Part shown: piece by piece, positions 1 to 10,205 of the stretch
Layout: each line of letters opens with the position of its first letter
Position numbering within the stretch: the first letter of the stretch is position 1
Assembly (NCBI GenBank): GCA_000166095.1
Contig: CP002278.1
Location: 1,140,001 to 1,172,000 of the forward strand
Direction: 5' to 3'
DNA length: 32,000 nucleotides
DNA from: Methanothermus fervidus DSM 2088
GTDB taxonomy: Archaea; Methanobacteriota; Methanobacteria; DSM-2088; Methanothermaceae
Position numbers and translations under genes: made by a program
The notes under the pieces: model-generated
Seen by the model: only the letters and a program-made list of their open reading frames with translations
What the model was told of the DNA's origin: nothing
The model's database searches: none

Positions 1-1
1 A

Positions 2-805
2 AAAACCAAAGATTTTAAGATATTTGCAGATATGAGACTTGCAGGAGTAGGAATGATTGGAGTTGTACATGCTACAAGGCCTATTGATGCCATTCAGAGA
101 GTTATTGGTCGTGTAGAACTTGGAATGATACCTTCAATTATTGACACCACGATATTCATAAAAGATGGAAAAGTAGAAACCGTTTATGATATTTCATTAA
201 CAGTTAAAGTTCCAACAGGCATGACTGAAGAAGATTTGGCAAGGCCTGTAATAGAGGTAAGAGATTTTGAAACAAATGAATTGGTGTATGAGATATATAC
301 ATATGGTGAACAAACTGTTGTTATGGATGTATCAAAAATTTCCGCACCTAAGAAAGCACCTGTTAGAACATTAGCTGAGAAAGAAATTGAAAGAGAGTTT
401 AAAAAGCGTTTTCCTCATGTAGATGTTAAAGTAAAAATGGAATCTGATAACAGAGCTAAAGTTTGGGTCAATGAAAAATACATACCTCAAATAATTGGTA
501 AAAAAGGAAGAACCATCGAAAAAATAGAGGAAAAGCTGGGTATAAGTATAAGCGTTGAACCACTGGTAGAGAAAAAGAAAGAAAAAGAAATTACAGTAGA
601 TGTCAATGATAATCATATAGTATTGAACTTTGGAACTGAAGATGTTGGCAAGTCTTATGATATATTTGTTGATAATGAGTACTTGTTTACAGCTACAGTA
701 GGTAAAAGAGGTACAATAAAGGTTAGAAGAGATATAGATTTAGCAAAGGTTATAGAGAAGGCTATAGAAACTAATTTACCTATCACAGCAAAACCAAGAG
801 ATTAG
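2..805 (+). CDS. PIN/PilT-type ATPase with C-terminal KH domain (3' part; 5' end outside window)
   Basis: Reading frame is open from base 2 (KTKDFKIFADMRLAGVGMIGVVHATRPIDAIQRVIGRVELGMIPSIIDTTIFI); a KH-like segment (NEKYIPQIIGKKGRTIEKIEEKLGISISV) follows. Confidence 0.85.
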   Translation, partial: KTKDFKIFADMRLAGVGMIGVVHATRPIDAIQRVIGRVELGMIPSIIDTTIFIKDGKVETVYDISLTVKVPTGMTEEDLARPVIEVRDFETNELVYEIYTYGEQTVVMDVSKISAPKKAPVRTLAEKEIEREFKKRFPHVDVKVKMESDNRAKVWVNEKYIPQIIGKKGRTIEKIEEKLGISISVEPLVEKKKEKEITVDVNDNHIVLNFGTEDVGKSYDIFVDNEYLFTATVGKRGTIKVRRDIDLAKVIEKAIETNLPITAKPRD

Positions 806-1567
806 GTGTTAATTATGAAATTTGGAGTTTCTACTTTAGCTTTGTATCCTTCTCCTATAGAAAAAATTTTGGATTTTGTTGAAAATTTAGGTATGGATTA
901 TTGTGAAATAATAAATGAATATCCTTTTGATGATTTAAATTATGAAATTTTTGAATCATATTCTTTAGATGTAGTGATACATGCACCAATATCTGATATA
1001 AATATAGCCTCACATAATCATGCCATGAGAAGAGCATCTATAGAAGAAATAAAATCTTCGATAACATTAGCATCAAAAATAAATTCTGAAAAAATAGTAA
1101 TACATCCAGGAATTGTTCCTGTACTTGGAAAAAAATTCATAAATAAAATAGAGAAATACAATATAGATGCATTGAGAGAAATTAGGGACCATGCTGAAAA
1201 TTTAGGTGTAAAGATATGTTTAGAAAACATGCCTAATCTTGAAGAATGTTTATGTAAGGATCTAAATGAAGTATATAAGATTGTTAATGATTTAGGAATC
1301 TATACAACTTTGGATGTTGGCCACGCTAATACTATGGGTTTAGATGTAGAAAAATTGAAAATTGATGACTCTGTTATCCATATACATATTTCAGATAATG
1401 ATGGTTCTTATGATACGCATGATGCTTTGGGAGAGGGAAATATAAATTTCACAAAGTTGTTTAAAAAGAAATTGAAAAATTATTCTGATACAATTACAAT
1501 AGAAATAAAAACAAAGGAAGAATTATTAAAAAGTATAGAATATTTGAAAGCAAAAAAGATTTTATAA
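806..1567 (+). CDS. Sugar phosphate isomerase/epimerase, AP-endonuclease 2-like TIM barrel
   Basis: Motifs VVIHAPISDINIA, IVIHPGIVPV, CLENMPN, YTTLDVGHANTMG, IHIHISDNDGSYDTHDALGEGNINF are typical of the xylose isomerase-like TIM barrel family. Confidence 0.8.
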   Translation: MLIMKFGVSTLALYPSPIEKILDFVENLGMDYCEIINEYPFDDLNYEIFESYSLDVVIHAPISDINIASHNHAMRRASIEEIKSSITLASKINSEKIVIHPGIVPVLGKKFINKIEKYNIDALREIRDHAENLGVKICLENMPNLEECLCKDLNEVYKIVNDLGIYTTLDVGHANTMGLDVEKLKIDDSVIHIHISDNDGSYDTHDALGEGNINFTKLFKKKLKNYSDTITIEIKTKEELLKSIEYLKAKKIL

Positions 1568-2251
1568 GTGATAGAGATGAAAATTGCAATTATTGGTGGA
1601 ACCGGTGATCAAGGTTTTGGACTGGCACTAAGGCTGGCAAAGGCTGGAGAAAAAATAATCATTGGGTCAAGAAGTCGAGAAAGGGCTAAAAAAGCTTGTT
1701 CAAAAATCCTTAATATTGTGGAGAATGCAGATATAGAAGGAATGGAAAATAAAGAAGCAGCAAAAGAAGCTGATATAGTGATATTAACAGTTCCACTTCA
1801 TGCACAGCTAACAACTATAGAAAATATAAAAGATGTTCTTGATGGTAAAATACTTGTGGATGCTACAGTGCCATTAGAATCTTCAATAGGAGGGTCCGGT
1901 GGTAAATACGTTGAATTATGGGATGGTTCAGCAGCCGAAAGAACATCTAGAGTACTTAAAGATAAAAATGTTAAAATAGTAACAGCATTCAATAATATAA
2001 GTGCCCACAGTTTACAAGACATAGAGAATGATGTTGAATGCGATTGTTTAGTAGCTGGCGATGATGAAAATGCAAAAAAAATTGTTATGGAACTTGCTGA
2101 AAAAATACCTGGAGTAAGAGCAATAGATTGTGGCCCATTAGAAAATTCAAAAATAATTGAAAAAATAACACCTCTATTAATAACTCTTAACATCAGAAAT
2201 AACATTAATAATGCAGGAATAAGAATAACAGGTTTGAAAAAATGGAAATAG
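1568..2251 (+). CDS. npdG: F420H2:NADP+ oxidoreductase (NADPH-dependent F420 reductase); start may be ATG at 1577
   Basis: N-terminal KIAIIGGTGDQGFGLALRLAKAGEKIIIGSRSRERA and ILVDATVPLE...GSAAERT...VKIVTAFNNISAHSLQD match the NpdG/Fno family. Confidence 0.9.
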   Translation: MIEMKIAIIGGTGDQGFGLALRLAKAGEKIIIGSRSRERAKKACSKILNIVENADIEGMENKEAAKEADIVILTVPLHAQLTTIENIKDVLDGKILVDATVPLESSIGGSGGKYVELWDGSAAERTSRVLKDKNVKIVTAFNNISAHSLQDIENDVECDCLVAGDDENAKKIVMELAEKIPGVRAIDCGPLENSKIIEKITPLLITLNIRNNINNAGIRITGLKKWK

Positions 2252-2826
2252 TAATGAAAACTGTCAAAGAAATTGTAAAAAATGCCATAAACGCAATTGA
2301 AAAGATAAATGAAAAAGAAATTAAGAAGATGATCGAAGAAATAAGAAATTCAGATAGAATATTTGTTGTAGGTACTGGCAGATCAGAATTAGTTGGAAAA
2401 GCTTTTGCAATGAGATTAATGCATCTTGGATTTAATGTTCATGTGGTTGGTGAAGTTACAACACCGGCAATCAGAGATAAAGATTGTTTAATTGCAATTT
2501 CAGGTTCTGGTGAAACAAAAACAGTTACAATAGCAGCTGAAACTTCTAAAAAAATAGGAGCCTGTGTGATAGGTATTACTTCAACGCAAAATTCAACATT
2601 GTGGAGAATAGCAGATATTAAGGTAGTTATACCTACAAAAAGTAAAAAAGCTTGGAAAGATTACACATCTGAATCTCTAAAAGGAGAATATGGTGACTTA
2701 ATGCCTTTAGGAACTCTATTTGAAGATACAGCACAGCTATTTTTAGATGGTGTTATTGCAGAACTTATGACAATTCTCGGTAAAAAGGAAGAAGATCTTA
2801 GAAAAAGACACGAAACCTTCTATTAA
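2242..2826 (+). CDS. hxlB: 6-phospho-3-hexuloisomerase (SIS domain)
   Basis: SIS-domain protein with VVGTGRSELVGKAFAMRLMHLGF, ISGSGETKTV and PLGTLFEDTAQLFLDG. Confidence 0.88.
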   Translation: MEIVMKTVKEIVKNAINAIEKINEKEIKKMIEEIRNSDRIFVVGTGRSELVGKAFAMRLMHLGFNVHVVGEVTTPAIRDKDCLIAISGSGETKTVTIAAETSKKIGACVIGITSTQNSTLWRIADIKVVIPTKSKKAWKDYTSESLKGEYGDLMPLGTLFEDTAQLFLDGVIAELMTILGKKEEDLRKRHETFY

Positions 2827-2870
2827 CTAATAACTAACATTGTTACATTACATAACTTCCAGGTGTTATC

Positions 2871-3377
2871 ATGCGATGTCAATTAATTAGAGACAGTGTT
2901 GTATCAGATGTGAATCCCCGTGCCCTCAGACTTCATAACAAAAGTCATTATGGAATTCTAGATGGAAATACTTTCAAATTATCATTAATAGAAGCTACTT
3001 ATTTGTTAGAAAATAAAAGGATTAATGTGTATAGAGGTAATGAGAAGATTTCTCTAGAAGAAATGAAAAATATTTTGAGGAGACATAATTTATATCAGAA
3101 ATATTTAGTGTTTAGAGATTTAAGGAATAGAGGATATATAGTCAAAACTGGACTTAAATATGGTTCTGAATTTCGTTTATATGAACGTGGTAAAGCACCT
3201 GGTAAAGGACATTCCAAATATCTTGTTAGAGTAGTGACAGAAGATGACATATTTAATGTTAAAGATATTGTAAGCCAAGTAAGAGTTGCACATAGTGTGA
3301 GAAAAAAATTAATTATGGCAGTAGTAGATGAAGAAGAAGATATCAGCTATTACAAAATTGAATGGATAAGACCTTGA
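2871..3377 (+). CDS. endA: tRNA-splicing endonuclease (archaeal alpha2/alpha4 type)
   Basis: C-terminal catalytic domain YLVFRDLRNRGYIVKTGLKYGSEFRLYERG...GKGHSKYLVRVV...RVAHSVRKKLIMAVVDEEEDISYYKIEW. Confidence 0.93.
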   Translation: MRCQLIRDSVVSDVNPRALRLHNKSHYGILDGNTFKLSLIEATYLLENKRINVYRGNEKISLEEMKNILRRHNLYQKYLVFRDLRNRGYIVKTGLKYGSEFRLYERGKAPGKGHSKYLVRVVTEDDIFNVKDIVSQVRVAHSVRKKLIMAVVDEEEDISYYKIEWIRP

Positions 3378-3386
3378 GGTGTCTAT

Positions 3387-4487
3387 TTGATTGACCCATG
3401 GAGCTCAGAAAGTCTAAATCATAAAATCATTGAAAAGTTTGGTGTAAGACCTTTTAAAGAAGTTATAGGTGAAATAAAAGATCCTCATTGGTTAATGAGA
3501 AGAGGTGTAATTTTCGGGCAAAGAGATTATAATAAGATATTAAAAGCAATGAAAAATAAAGAAGATTTTGCAATCGTAACTGGGATGATGCCAAGTGGCA
3601 AAATGCATATAGGACATAAAATGATAATAGACCAATTAATATGGTACGAAAAAAAGGGTGCGGAAATATTTATACCTATAGCTGATATGGAAGCATATTC
3701 TACTAGAAATAAAAGTTTTGAAGAATCTAAAAAAATAGCAATAGAGGAATATTTGGCAAATTATCTTGCATTAGGATTAGATATAACCAAAGATTCAATA
3801 AATGTTTATTTACAATCTGAAAATTTGGTAGTTGAAGATCTAGCATATATATTGAGTAAAAAAGTTAATTTCAGCGAATTAAGGGCTATATATGGATTTG
3901 ATGAGTCAACAAGTATCGCACAGACATATATACCGATTATTCAAGCTGCAGATATCCTTCATCCACAACTAGATGAATTTGGAGGTCCAAAACCAGTTTT
4001 GGTCCCTGTTGGACCTGATCAAGACCCTCACATAAGACTCTCCAGGGATTTAGCAAGTAGATTTAAAAAAGAATATTCATTTATCTTGCCTTCATCAACT
4101 TACCATAAATTTATGAGTGGTATAACAGGAGGCAAAATGTCAAGTAGTAAACCAAACGATGCTATATTTTTAACAGATCCTCCTAAAGTTGTTGAAAATA
4201 AAATTATGCAAGCAAAAACTGGAGGAAGAGAAACACTCGAAGATCAAAGAAAATACGGAGGATCTCCAAAAGATTGTGTTGTATATGAGATCTTAATTTA
4301 TCATGTTGAAGATGATAAAAAAGTAAAAGATATTTATGAAAAATGTAAAAATGGTGAAATAATTTGTGGTGAATGTAAAAAAATAGTAGCTGAACATATG
4401 AAAAAATTGATTATTGATATTGGAAAAAAGAGAGAAAAAATGGTGGAAAAAGCTGCAAGAGTTTTGGAGGAGTCTAATGGTACGTAA
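3387..4487 (+). CDS. trpS: Tryptophanyl-tRNA synthetase
   Basis: [54 protein letters not shown], and the KMSSS motif [17 protein letters not shown]. Confidence 0.95.
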   Translation: MIDPWSSESLNHKIIEKFGVRPFKEVIGEIKDPHWLMRRGVIFGQRDYNKILKAMKNKEDFAIVTGMMPSGKMHIGHKMIIDQLIWYEKKGAEIFIPIADMEAYSTRNKSFEESKKIAIEEYLANYLALGLDITKDSINVYLQSENLVVEDLAYILSKKVNFSELRAIYGFDESTSIAQTYIPIIQAADILHPQLDEFGGPKPVLVPVGPDQDPHIRLSRDLASRFKKEYSFILPSSTYHKFMSGITGGKMSSSKPNDAIFLTDPPKVVENKIMQAKTGGRETLEDQRKYGGSPKDCVVYEILIYHVEDDKKVKDIYEKCKNGEIICGECKKIVAEHMKKLIIDIGKKREKMVEKAARVLEESNGT

Positions 4488-5109
4488 GGAAGGTTATGAA
4501 AGCACTTTAGAAGCACTGTATAGAAATAATGAATCATTGTTAATTATTTCAGCATTATTATTTTTTATTCCTCTTTTCATCGGATATATTTTTTCAGGAA
4601 CTTTAGATCCATATTTAGGATATGTGCTTAAAGAATTTAAGAAAGAAATAGTAAAAGGAGAATTAAAACTAACGGTTTTGTCTATATTTTTACATAATTT
4701 ACAAATATCGATAGTATTATATTTAGGTGGAATAATTGCTATAGTTACAGTGGTTTCTTTAATTTTTAATGGATTATTTATTGGATATACCGCTAGTAAA
4801 TATCCATTAATGGATTTCATAATTTTAGTACTTCCTCATGGGGTATTTGAAGTACCTGCAATAATTATAGCAGGGGCAGCAGGGTTTAGACTAACTTCTT
4901 TTATTTTTAACTATATCTCTGATTTACTTTTTGGAGAATGGTATGGAAGTAAGATAGAAAAGATTAGTTATTATTTTAAATTAAATTATGAAGAATTTGA
5001 AGAGTCATTATTGCTTTTTGGAATCTCAGTTGTACTTTTATTTATTGCAGCCTTAATTGAGGCCAATGCAACGCTTTTAATTTACGAATATTTGAAGGGA
5101 ATAATATGA
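4477..5109 (+). CDS. SpoIIM-family (stage II sporulation protein M-like) membrane protein
   Basis: Multiple TM segments with [37 protein letters not shown]...[23 protein letters not shown] typical of DUF95/SpoIIM. The ATG at 4477 has a GGAGG SD at 4466-4470 inside trpS; the track start at 4414 is upstream. Confidence 0.85.
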   Translation: MVRKEGYESTLEALYRNNESLLIISALLFFIPLFIGYIFSGTLDPYLGYVLKEFKKEIVKGELKLTVLSIFLHNLQISIVLYLGGIIAIVTVVSLIFNGLFIGYTASKYPLMDFIILVLPHGVFEVPAIIIAGAAGFRLTSFIFNYISDLLFGEWYGSKIEKISYYFKLNYEEFEESLLLFGISVVLLFIAALIEANATLLIYEYLKGII

Positions 5110-6299
5110 TTATGAGATGTGTAGTATGCGGAAAAGAATACCCTGCAGATGAAATCATATACACTTGTAATGAATGCGGGTCAGTACTAGAAGTCTTGAT
5201 GGAAACAGAGGTATCAAAGAAAATATTTGAAGGCAGAAAGTGGAATATGTGGAGATACAAAGAATTTTTACCTGTAGATGAATCTAAAAAAGTATCACTT
5301 AATGAAGGAGGTACTCCATTTATAAAATGTAATAATTTGTCAAAAGATCTTAAAGTTGATTTATATGTTAAGGTAGAGGGTTCAAACCCAACAGGTAGTT
5401 TTAAAGATAGAGGTATGAGTGTAGGAGTTACAAAAGCTCTTGAATTTAATGTTGACACAGTTGGATGTGCCTCAACTGGTAATACTTCCGCATCTTTAGC
5501 TGCATATGCAGCAAGAGCTGGTCTTAGATGTATAGTATTTTTACCAGCAGGGAAAGTTGCTTTGGGAAAATTAGCTCAAGCCATGTTTCATGGAGCCCAG
5601 GTGTTATCAATTAAGGATAATTTTGATAAGGCATTAGAGATTGTCACAAAGTTTGCTCTTGGTGGATATTTATATCTACTAAATTCTGTAAATCCTTTTA
5701 GATTAGAAGGACAAAAGACAATCGCATTTGAAATATTGGAAGAACTGAATTGGGAATCTCCAGACCACATCATCTTACCTGTTGGAAATGCAGGAAACAT
5801 TTCAGCGATATGGAAAGGAATAAAGGAATTTTATGAATCTGATTTCATAGATGAGAAACCATGCATGATTGGAATACAGGCTGAAGGAGCTTCACCAATA
5901 GTTGAAGCTGTAAAGAAACAAAAACTTGATATAAAGCCTGTAAAAAATCCTGAAACAGTTGCAACAGCTATAAGGATAGGTTCTCCAGTTAATTATCCTA
6001 AAGCTTTGAGAGCAATATATGAATCCAATGGAACTGCCCTAAGCGTCAGTGATGAAGAAATACTTAAGGCTCAAAGACTATTAGCAAAAAAAGAAGGTAT
6101 AGGTGTTGAGCCAGCATCAGCTGCAAGTATTGCAGGACTAATCAAATTAATAGATGATGGCTATTTAGATCATGGAGAAAGAGTTGTATGCGTATTGACA
6201 GGGCATCTTCTAAAAGATCCAAAAATTGCTATAAATGCTTGTAAAAAGCCTTTAGAAGTAGAACCAGATTTTAATTTACTAAAAAAGATTATTGGATAA
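5106..6299 (+). CDS. thrC: Threonine synthase
   Basis: N-terminal zinc ribbon (CVVCGKEYPADEIIYTCNECG), PLP lysine region GSNPTGSFKDRGMSVGV, STGNTSASLAAYAARAG, LPVGNAGNISAIWKG. Confidence 0.95.
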   Translation: MIMRCVVCGKEYPADEIIYTCNECGSVLEVLMETEVSKKIFEGRKWNMWRYKEFLPVDESKKVSLNEGGTPFIKCNNLSKDLKVDLYVKVEGSNPTGSFKDRGMSVGVTKALEFNVDTVGCASTGNTSASLAAYAARAGLRCIVFLPAGKVALGKLAQAMFHGAQVLSIKDNFDKALEIVTKFALGGYLYLLNSVNPFRLEGQKTIAFEILEELNWESPDHIILPVGNAGNISAIWKGIKEFYESDFIDEKPCMIGIQAEGASPIVEAVKKQKLDIKPVKNPETVATAIRIGSPVNYPKALRAIYESNGTALSVSDEEILKAQRLLAKKEGIGVEPASAASIAGLIKLIDDGYLDHGERVVCVLTGHLLKDPKIAINACKKPLEVEPDFNLLKKIIG

Positions 6300-6450
6300 A
6301 TAGAAAATTTTATTCTATAAAAAAACGCCTTTGATACAATATCTATATTATCCATTTATATGGCTATCAAAGCACAATATAAACTTTTTATGGTTAATAA
6401 GAATTTCACAACCACCATCAAAATAAAACATCAACGATGCAAACAATAAA

Positions 6451-6458
6451 TTTATATA
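6451..6458 (+). promoter_or_regulatory. Putative archaeal box A (TATA element, TTTATATA) for the histone gene
   Basis: TTTATATA in the intergenic region about 50 nt upstream of the ATG, with SD GAGGTGG at 6494-6500. Confidence 0.6.
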
Positions 6459-6505
6459 GGATAAATTTGATAATATTCTTTCGTAAGAATAGAGAGGTGG
6501 TAAGT

Positions 6506-6715
6506 ATGGAATTACCAATAGCACCAATTGGTAGAATTATAAAAGATGCAGGTGCCGAAAGAGTCAGTGATGATGCAAGAATAACTCTAGCAAAAATTTT
6601 AGAAGAAATGGGTAGAGACATTGCTTCAGAAGCTATAAAACTAGCAAGACACGCCGGAAGGAAAACAATAAAAGCAGAGGACATTGAACTAGCAGTTCGA
6701 AGATTTAAGAAATAA
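6506..6715 (+). CDS. Archaeal histone (HMfA/HMfB family, 69 aa)
   Basis: [78 protein letters not shown] sits 5 nt upstream; the track start at 6437 is too early. Confidence 0.97.
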   Translation: MELPIAPIGRIIKDAGAERVSDDARITLAKILEEMGRDIASEAIKLARHAGRKTIKAEDIELAVRRFKK

Positions 6716-6732
6716 TATTTTTCTTTTTCCTT

Positions 6733-7590
6733 TTATATTTTTATTGCAAATAAAAAATCATACAAAATTTTTGCTGCATTCATCGCTGCGGGGTCGCCTA
6801 TTCTATCTGTTGCAACTTCAACAATGTCAATGCCAATAATTTTTTTTCTAGCTATTTTTTCAATGAATTTTTCCATATGGTAGGGAGTGATACCTACAGG
6901 CGTTGGATTTCCAACACCTGGAGCATAACCAGGATCTAATACATCTATATCCACTGTTACATAGAATGGTCCATCTAATTTATTTATTTCATTTAAAACC
7001 ATGTTAAATTTTTCAATTATGTCTCTTGATGTATAGTATTTGATATTTTCATTAAGAACAAATTCATGTTCTTCTTTTGTACAAGATCTTACACCAATTT
7101 GGACAATTTTCTTCGGATGTAATTCATATATTCGTCGCATGACTGTTGCATGCGAAAACTTTTTACCAGCATAAGTATTTGCCATATCCATATGTGCATC
7201 AAAGTGTAGAATAGTTACATCACTTAGATCAAATGTTTTCACAACACCATATGTTATGCTATGTTCTCCACCAAGGACAATAGGAATCATTCCTTTTTTT
7301 AAAACTTCTTGAACTTTTTCAGAAATATTACGACAAGTATTTTTAAAGTCACCTAGAATTACCTCAATATCACCTAAATCAATGATAGGAACATCTAGTT
7401 TTTTTCTATAGTGTAAACTATAGTTTTCAAAATTGTAGGATGCTTGACGAATCATCAATGGTCCAAATCTTGACCCTGGCTTATATGTGGATGTGCTATC
7501 AAAAGGTACTCCTAACAATCCAAAAACTTTTTTATTAGAAAGGTATTTAAGGGAGGAAGGGTCCTTAGAATATGCAAATTTTAGACCCAT
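6733..7590 (-). CDS. speB: Agmatinase / ureohydrolase family
   Basis: GGEHSITYGV, FDAHMDMANTYAGKKFSHATVMRR, VTVDIDVLDPGYAPGVGNPTPVG: complete set of ureohydrolase metal ligands. Confidence 0.93.
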   Translation of the reverse strand: MGLKFAYSKDPSSLKYLSNKKVFGLLGVPFDSTSTYKPGSRFGPLMIRQASYNFENYSLHYRKKLDVPIIDLGDIEVILGDFKNTCRNISEKVQEVLKKGMIPIVLGGEHSITYGVVKTFDLSDVTILHFDAHMDMANTYAGKKFSHATVMRRIYELHPKKIVQIGVRSCTKEEHEFVLNENIKYYTSRDIIEKFNMVLNEINKLDGPFYVTVDIDVLDPGYAPGVGNPTPVGITPYHMEKFIEKIARKKIIGIDIVEVATDRIGDPAAMNAAKILYDFLFAIKI

Positions 7591-7591
7591 A

Positions 7592-7981
7592 TTATTTAAC
7601 TCTTAAAAGTTTTGTTTTACCCATTGCTTCTAAATATTCAACTTCTGCACCTTCAGTTAATTTATCTTTTAACTCCTCAGGTATAGGAACTTCAAATGTG
7701 TCATATGTTTCTAAGTCCATCAATTGTACAGTATCACCCATAATTGCTAAAACTTGACCCACCTTCTTATTAATCACAGGTACTTCTATTTTACTATCCA
7801 CAGGTTTTACAATACTTCTTTTTTGTCCATCAAAAATGCCAATTGCTTCTATACGCATCTTTGCAGATCCATGCTTACCTGGTGAAGAAGTTGTTACTCC
7901 TACAATCTTTGAAGGTTCACCATCTATTACCACATACTTACCTTTTTTCAATGTTCTAACTTCAACTACTTTTTTTGCCAT
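7592..7981 (-). CDS. eif5A: Translation initiation factor 5A (aIF5A), hypusinated lysine in SPGKHGSAK
   Basis: [58 protein letters not shown]. Confidence 0.95.
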   Translation of the reverse strand: MAKKVVEVRTLKKGKYVVIDGEPSKIVGVTTSSPGKHGSAKMRIEAIGIFDGQKRSIVKPVDSKIEVPVINKKVGQVLAIMGDTVQLMDLETYDTFEVPIPEELKDKLTEGAEVEYLEAMGKTKLLRVK

Positions 7982-8055
7982 GATTATCCCTCCTTATATT
8001 GAAACCTCATAAATCTTTACATACAAACAATATAAAAAATTTGTGAGGTGGTAAC

Positions 8056-8499
8056 TTGAATATTGCTATAACTTCTGGTAAAAGTGAAGGCCCCACAAAG
8101 TTAAATGCATTTGATAATGCCTTATTAGATGCTGGTATTGGAAATGTAAATTTGATAGAAGTTTCTAGTATAGTTCCGCCAGGTGCAAAAATAATTCCAT
8201 TACCTAAATTTGAAGTAGGATCAATGGTTAAATGTGTATTAGCGAAAAAGATTTCGGAAAGAAAAGATGATTTAATTTCTGCTAGTGTAGCTGTTGCAAT
8301 GTCAAAAGATTTTGGATGTATAGCTGAACACAGTGGCGTAAATGTAAGTCCTGAAAAAGTTAGGGAAAGATGTGTATCAACTGTTAAAAACATGATGAAA
8401 AAAAGGAATAAAAAAATAGAAGAATTAATTGTGGAGGAGATAAATCATAGAGTTAAAAAATGTGGTGCAGTGGTTGCTGCGGTAGTTTATATAGAATAG
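8056..8499 (+). CDS. pdaD: Pyruvoyl-dependent arginine decarboxylase (TTG start)
   Basis: GPTKLNAFDNALLDAGIGNVNLIEVSSIVPPGAKIIP (cleavage-site region VSSIVPPG) and the AEHSGVN motif. TTG start preceded by GAGGTGG. Confidence 0.93.
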   Translation: MNIAITSGKSEGPTKLNAFDNALLDAGIGNVNLIEVSSIVPPGAKIIPLPKFEVGSMVKCVLAKKISERKDDLISASVAVAMSKDFGCIAEHSGVNVSPEKVRERCVSTVKNMMKKRNKKIEELIVEEINHRVKKCGAVVAAVVYIE

Positions 8500-8511
8500 A
8501 AAGGTGTCTGA

Positions 8512-9357
8512 ATGGATGAATCAGAAATTAGAAAATGGAAAAAAGTATCATTGGAAATGGCTAGACGCGTAGAAAGAGCAATATCACCATTAATTGGTAC
8601 TGAAGAAGCTGGAAAGATAGTTAAAATGGGTGCTGATGGTACTCCAACAAAATTGATAGATTTAATAGCTGAAGATGAAGTTATAAATGTGTTAAAAGAA
8701 GTTGGAGAACCTGTTGGATTAGTAACTGAAGAATCTGGAAGTTTTGATATAAATAAGAAAGTTGTAAGTAGAAACAAAAAAATAACTTTTGTTGTTGATC
8801 CTCTTGATGGAACAACTAATGCTATAAAAAACATTCCTTTTTATGGCATATCGATAGCTGTAGCTGAACATCCGCAAAATAGAGATCCTGTACTTAATGA
8901 TGTTGTTATTGGAGTTGTAAGGAATTTTACAACAAGAGATACCTATACAGCCATAAAAGATAGAGGTGCATCTTTAAACGGAAATGAAATATCTCCATCA
9001 TCAAATAAATTTTTGAATGAAGCATCTGTTGGTGCTTTTATTTATGGAACTAGATTTAAAGATCTGGATAATTTATGTAGCAAGATAAGAAGGATGAGAA
9101 TATTGGGTGCAGTAGCTTTAGAATTAAGTTATGTTGCTAATGGCGTATATGATGCATTTATAGATATAAGAGGAAGGTTAAGAATTGTGGACATTGCTGC
9201 TGCAAAACTTATTGTAGACGAAGCTGGAGGGATAGTTACAGACCATCAAGGCAATGTTATAAATGGCCCATTGAATGTAAGAGAAAGGACATCTTTAGTT
9301 GCTGCAGGAAACAATGCTTTACATTCAAAAATTATAGAAGTTTTGGAGGAACTTTAA
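8512..9357 (+). CDS. Bifunctional fructose-1,6-bisphosphatase / inositol-1-monophosphatase family
   Basis: VGLVTEESG, FVVDPLDGTTNAIKNIPFYGISIAV, LRIVDIAAAKLIVDEAGGIVTD. Confidence 0.92.
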   Translation: MDESEIRKWKKVSLEMARRVERAISPLIGTEEAGKIVKMGADGTPTKLIDLIAEDEVINVLKEVGEPVGLVTEESGSFDINKKVVSRNKKITFVVDPLDGTTNAIKNIPFYGISIAVAEHPQNRDPVLNDVVIGVVRNFTTRDTYTAIKDRGASLNGNEISPSSNKFLNEASVGAFIYGTRFKDLDNLCSKIRRMRILGAVALELSYVANGVYDAFIDIRGRLRIVDIAAAKLIVDEAGGIVTDHQGNVINGPLNVRERTSLVAAGNNALHSKIIEVLEEL

Positions 9358-10187
9358 TGCATATTGGACTTGTTGCAAGATTAGACATGCAAAAATCCAT
9401 CAAACTAGCAAAAAAAATTGTAGAGTTTTTAGAAAAGAAAGGTATTCAAGTTTCAGTGGAATCATCACTAGCTGATATTATTAACAAAAAAGACATAAAA
9501 TGTGACTTAGAAAAAATGGAAGCAGACATGATTGTTACTATAGGTGGCGATGGTACAATACTTAGAACGCAAGGGATTGCCAAAAACATACCTATTTTTG
9601 GTATAAATATGGGTACTATTGGATTTTTAACAGAAATAGATCATCAAAACGCATTTGAAGCTTTAGAAAAAGTGATTTCAGGTAAATATTTTATTGAGGA
9701 GAGAAGCAGATTGGAAGTTTGTGGAAAAAAATTACCTCCAGCACTTAATGAGGTTGTTGTAATAACTAGTAAGCCTGCAAAAATGCTTCATTTTGAAGTT
9801 TTAGTGGATGATGAAGTGGTTGAAAATTTAAGAGCAGATGGAATGATTGTTTCTACACCTAGTGGATCTACGGCATATTCAATGTCTGCTGGAGGTCCTA
9901 TTGTAGATCCAAATGTGGATGCATTTATAATAGTCCCAATATGTCCATTTAAATTAAGTGCAAGACCTCTAGTAGTTCCAGATAATAGTAAAATAAAAAT
10001 TAAGCTTTTAAAGAAAGGAAAAGATGCAATAGTGGTTGTTGATGGTCAAGCAGAAGATAAAATAACTTATATGGAAGAATTAACACTTAAAAAATATAAA
10101 TCCCCTGCTTATTTTGTAAGATTAAAAAAAGGTTTTTACAGAAGAATCAGAGAAAAATTAACTGAAGGTGGCATTGCCTTTCTTTAA
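9357..10187 (+). CDS. nadK: NAD kinase
   Basis: ADMIVTIGGDGTILRTQG, GINMGTIGFLTEI, DGMIVSTPSGSTAYSMSAGGPIV. Confidence 0.94.
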   Translation: MHIGLVARLDMQKSIKLAKKIVEFLEKKGIQVSVESSLADIINKKDIKCDLEKMEADMIVTIGGDGTILRTQGIAKNIPIFGINMGTIGFLTEIDHQNAFEALEKVISGKYFIEERSRLEVCGKKLPPALNEVVVITSKPAKMLHFEVLVDDEVVENLRADGMIVSTPSGSTAYSMSAGGPIVDPNVDAFIIVPICPFKLSARPLVVPDNSKIKIKLLKKGKDAIVVVDGQAEDKITYMEELTLKKYKSPAYFVRLKKGFYRRIREKLTEGGIAFL

Positions 10188-10205
10188 TATTTTAATGGTG
10201 TTTTT

